Assembly: GCA_963768655.1 (NCBI GenBank)
Contig: CAVYIM010000006.1
Location: 192,001 to 256,000, forward strand
Direction of reading: 5' to 3'
From: an uncultured Chloroflexia bacterium
GTDB taxonomy: Bacteria > Chloroflexota > Limnocylindria > Limnocylindrales > CSP1-4
DNA: 64,000 bases
Shown: positions 63,129 to 64,000 of the stretch, piece after piece
Layout: each line of letters starts with the position of its first letter
Position numbering within the stretch: the stretch's first letter is position 1
Notes under the pieces: model-generated
The model's input: only the letters and a program-made list of their open reading frames with translations
Told to the model about the DNA's origin: nothing
The model's database searches: none
Made by a program: the position numbers and the translations under genes

Positions 63129-63319
63129 CTGGACATCTGCAAACGGGCGTAGCACGCGACCAGATTGTCTGGGCCGGAATGGGCCGAAACGGCCTGCGGA
63201 ACAAGGCTGGCAGCCGTGGCTGAGCGTGGATGTCCATCCCAACCTCAATTCCGAGGCACCGGGCCGTCGCGACGTTCGTCGGAGTCGCCCTCGTGCTACA
63301 CGGGTTTGCATATGTCCAG
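63129..63319. repeat. 191-bp element with 28-bp imperfect terminal inverted repeats (MITE-like)
   Basis: CTGGACATCTGCAAACGGGCGTAGCACG (63129-63156) matches the reverse complement of 63292-63319 at 24/28 positions. Confidence 0.7.
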
Positions 63320-63559
63320 ATGCCCCGGCGCCGGGGTTGAAGAGGACTCGCCCGCCGTCGTGCACGTCCAGACCGCCCGGGCAATGGCGCTGCCGAACCT
63401 TCGGCCGGTCCGGCGAGTCGAACGGGCGTGAACGCAACGAGGCGTTCGCCTGCCGGGCGTGTTTCCGTTTGGGCGAACCTTCAGGCGTGGCTCAGGTAGA
63501 CGCCTGCTAGACTGACGCCGCACGCTCCTGTGCGGCCCCATCTCCTCGAGGAGGGACAC

Positions 63560-64000
63560 GTGCTCCCGCTCATCATCGTCATCGTCGTACTCGTAGTCCT
63601 GGTCCTGTTCCTGGTCGGCATCTACAACGGTCTCGTAACGAAGCGGAATCGCGTCGATGAGGCGAACTCCCAGATCCAAGTCCAGTTCCAGCGCCGTCAC
63701 GACCTGATCCCGAACCTCGTGAACGCGGTGAAGGGCTACATGGACTTCGAAAAGGGAGTCCTCGAGGCCGTCACCACGGCCCGCGCCAACGCCGTCGCCG
63801 CCGGCGCCCAGGGCCCCGTCGCGCAGGGTCAGGCCGAGAACGCGCTGACCGGCACGCTGCGATCCCTCTTCGCGGTCGTCGAGAATTACCCGGATCTCAA
63901 GGCCAACCAGAACGTGATGTCACTGCAGGAGCAGTTGACTACGACGGAGAATCAGATCTCGTTCTCTCGCCAGCACTACAACGCCACCGTCCTCGAATAC
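63560..64000 (+). CDS. lemA: LemA family protein (3' end lies outside the window)
   Basis: Read directly, not in the ORF track: TM helix then YNGLV...[16 protein letters not shown]...[11 protein letters not shown]; GAGGAGG RBS. Confidence 0.93.
   Translation, partial: MLPLIIVIVVLVVLVLFLVGIYNGLVTKRNRVDEANSQIQVQFQRRHDLIPNLVNAVKGYMDFEKGVLEAVTTARANAVAAGAQGPVAQGQAENALTGTLRSLFAVVENYPDLKANQNVMSLQEQLTTTENQISFSRQHYNATVLEY

Noticed and set aside
62674-63510. 278-aa ORF and other ORFs over the tRNA cluster
   Set aside because: They overlap three clear tRNAs and the inverted-repeat element and show no protein features.
62986-64000. Integrated island or prophage at tRNA-Val
   Set aside because: No integrase and no duplicated tRNA 3' end in the window; the next gene is lemA.

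Overview
High-GC chromosomal window from a monoderm-type bacterium. The lineage is inferred, not proven: SecG, the LexA box type and gene content suggest Chloroflexota. The backbone is housekeeping and strongly DNA-repair biased: polA-(rraB-like)-mutM-ABC-F-coaE, uvrB, dinB-family, azlCD/MFS, uvrA, a compact UvrD-like helicase, a MazG-like protein, guaB, uvrC, secDF, recJ, pyrF, rapZ-yvcK-whiA-tpiA-gpmI-secG, three tRNAs and lemA. Between coaE and uvrB lies a ~17 kb cell-surface island (7.5-24.4 kb). It holds two tandem, probably Tat-exported papain-like (C39-like) peptidases and three large secreted modular proteins, one an S53 protease, that share Ig-like repeats and a triple-repeat C-terminal module ending ...TGYWK. 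It also holds a PilZ receptor, a lipoprotein polysaccharide deacetylase and a GT-C glycosyltransferase. This island is the best candidate for an undescribed system. Non-coding signals include two ~200-bp imperfect palindromic elements, a pseudoknot-like leader on guaB, LexA boxes at uvrA and uvrB, a separate shared promoter motif at recJ and the UvrD-like gene, and pervasive leaderless promoters. At least 7 small frameshifts are present and may be sequencing errors. No CRISPR array, integrase or transposase was seen.
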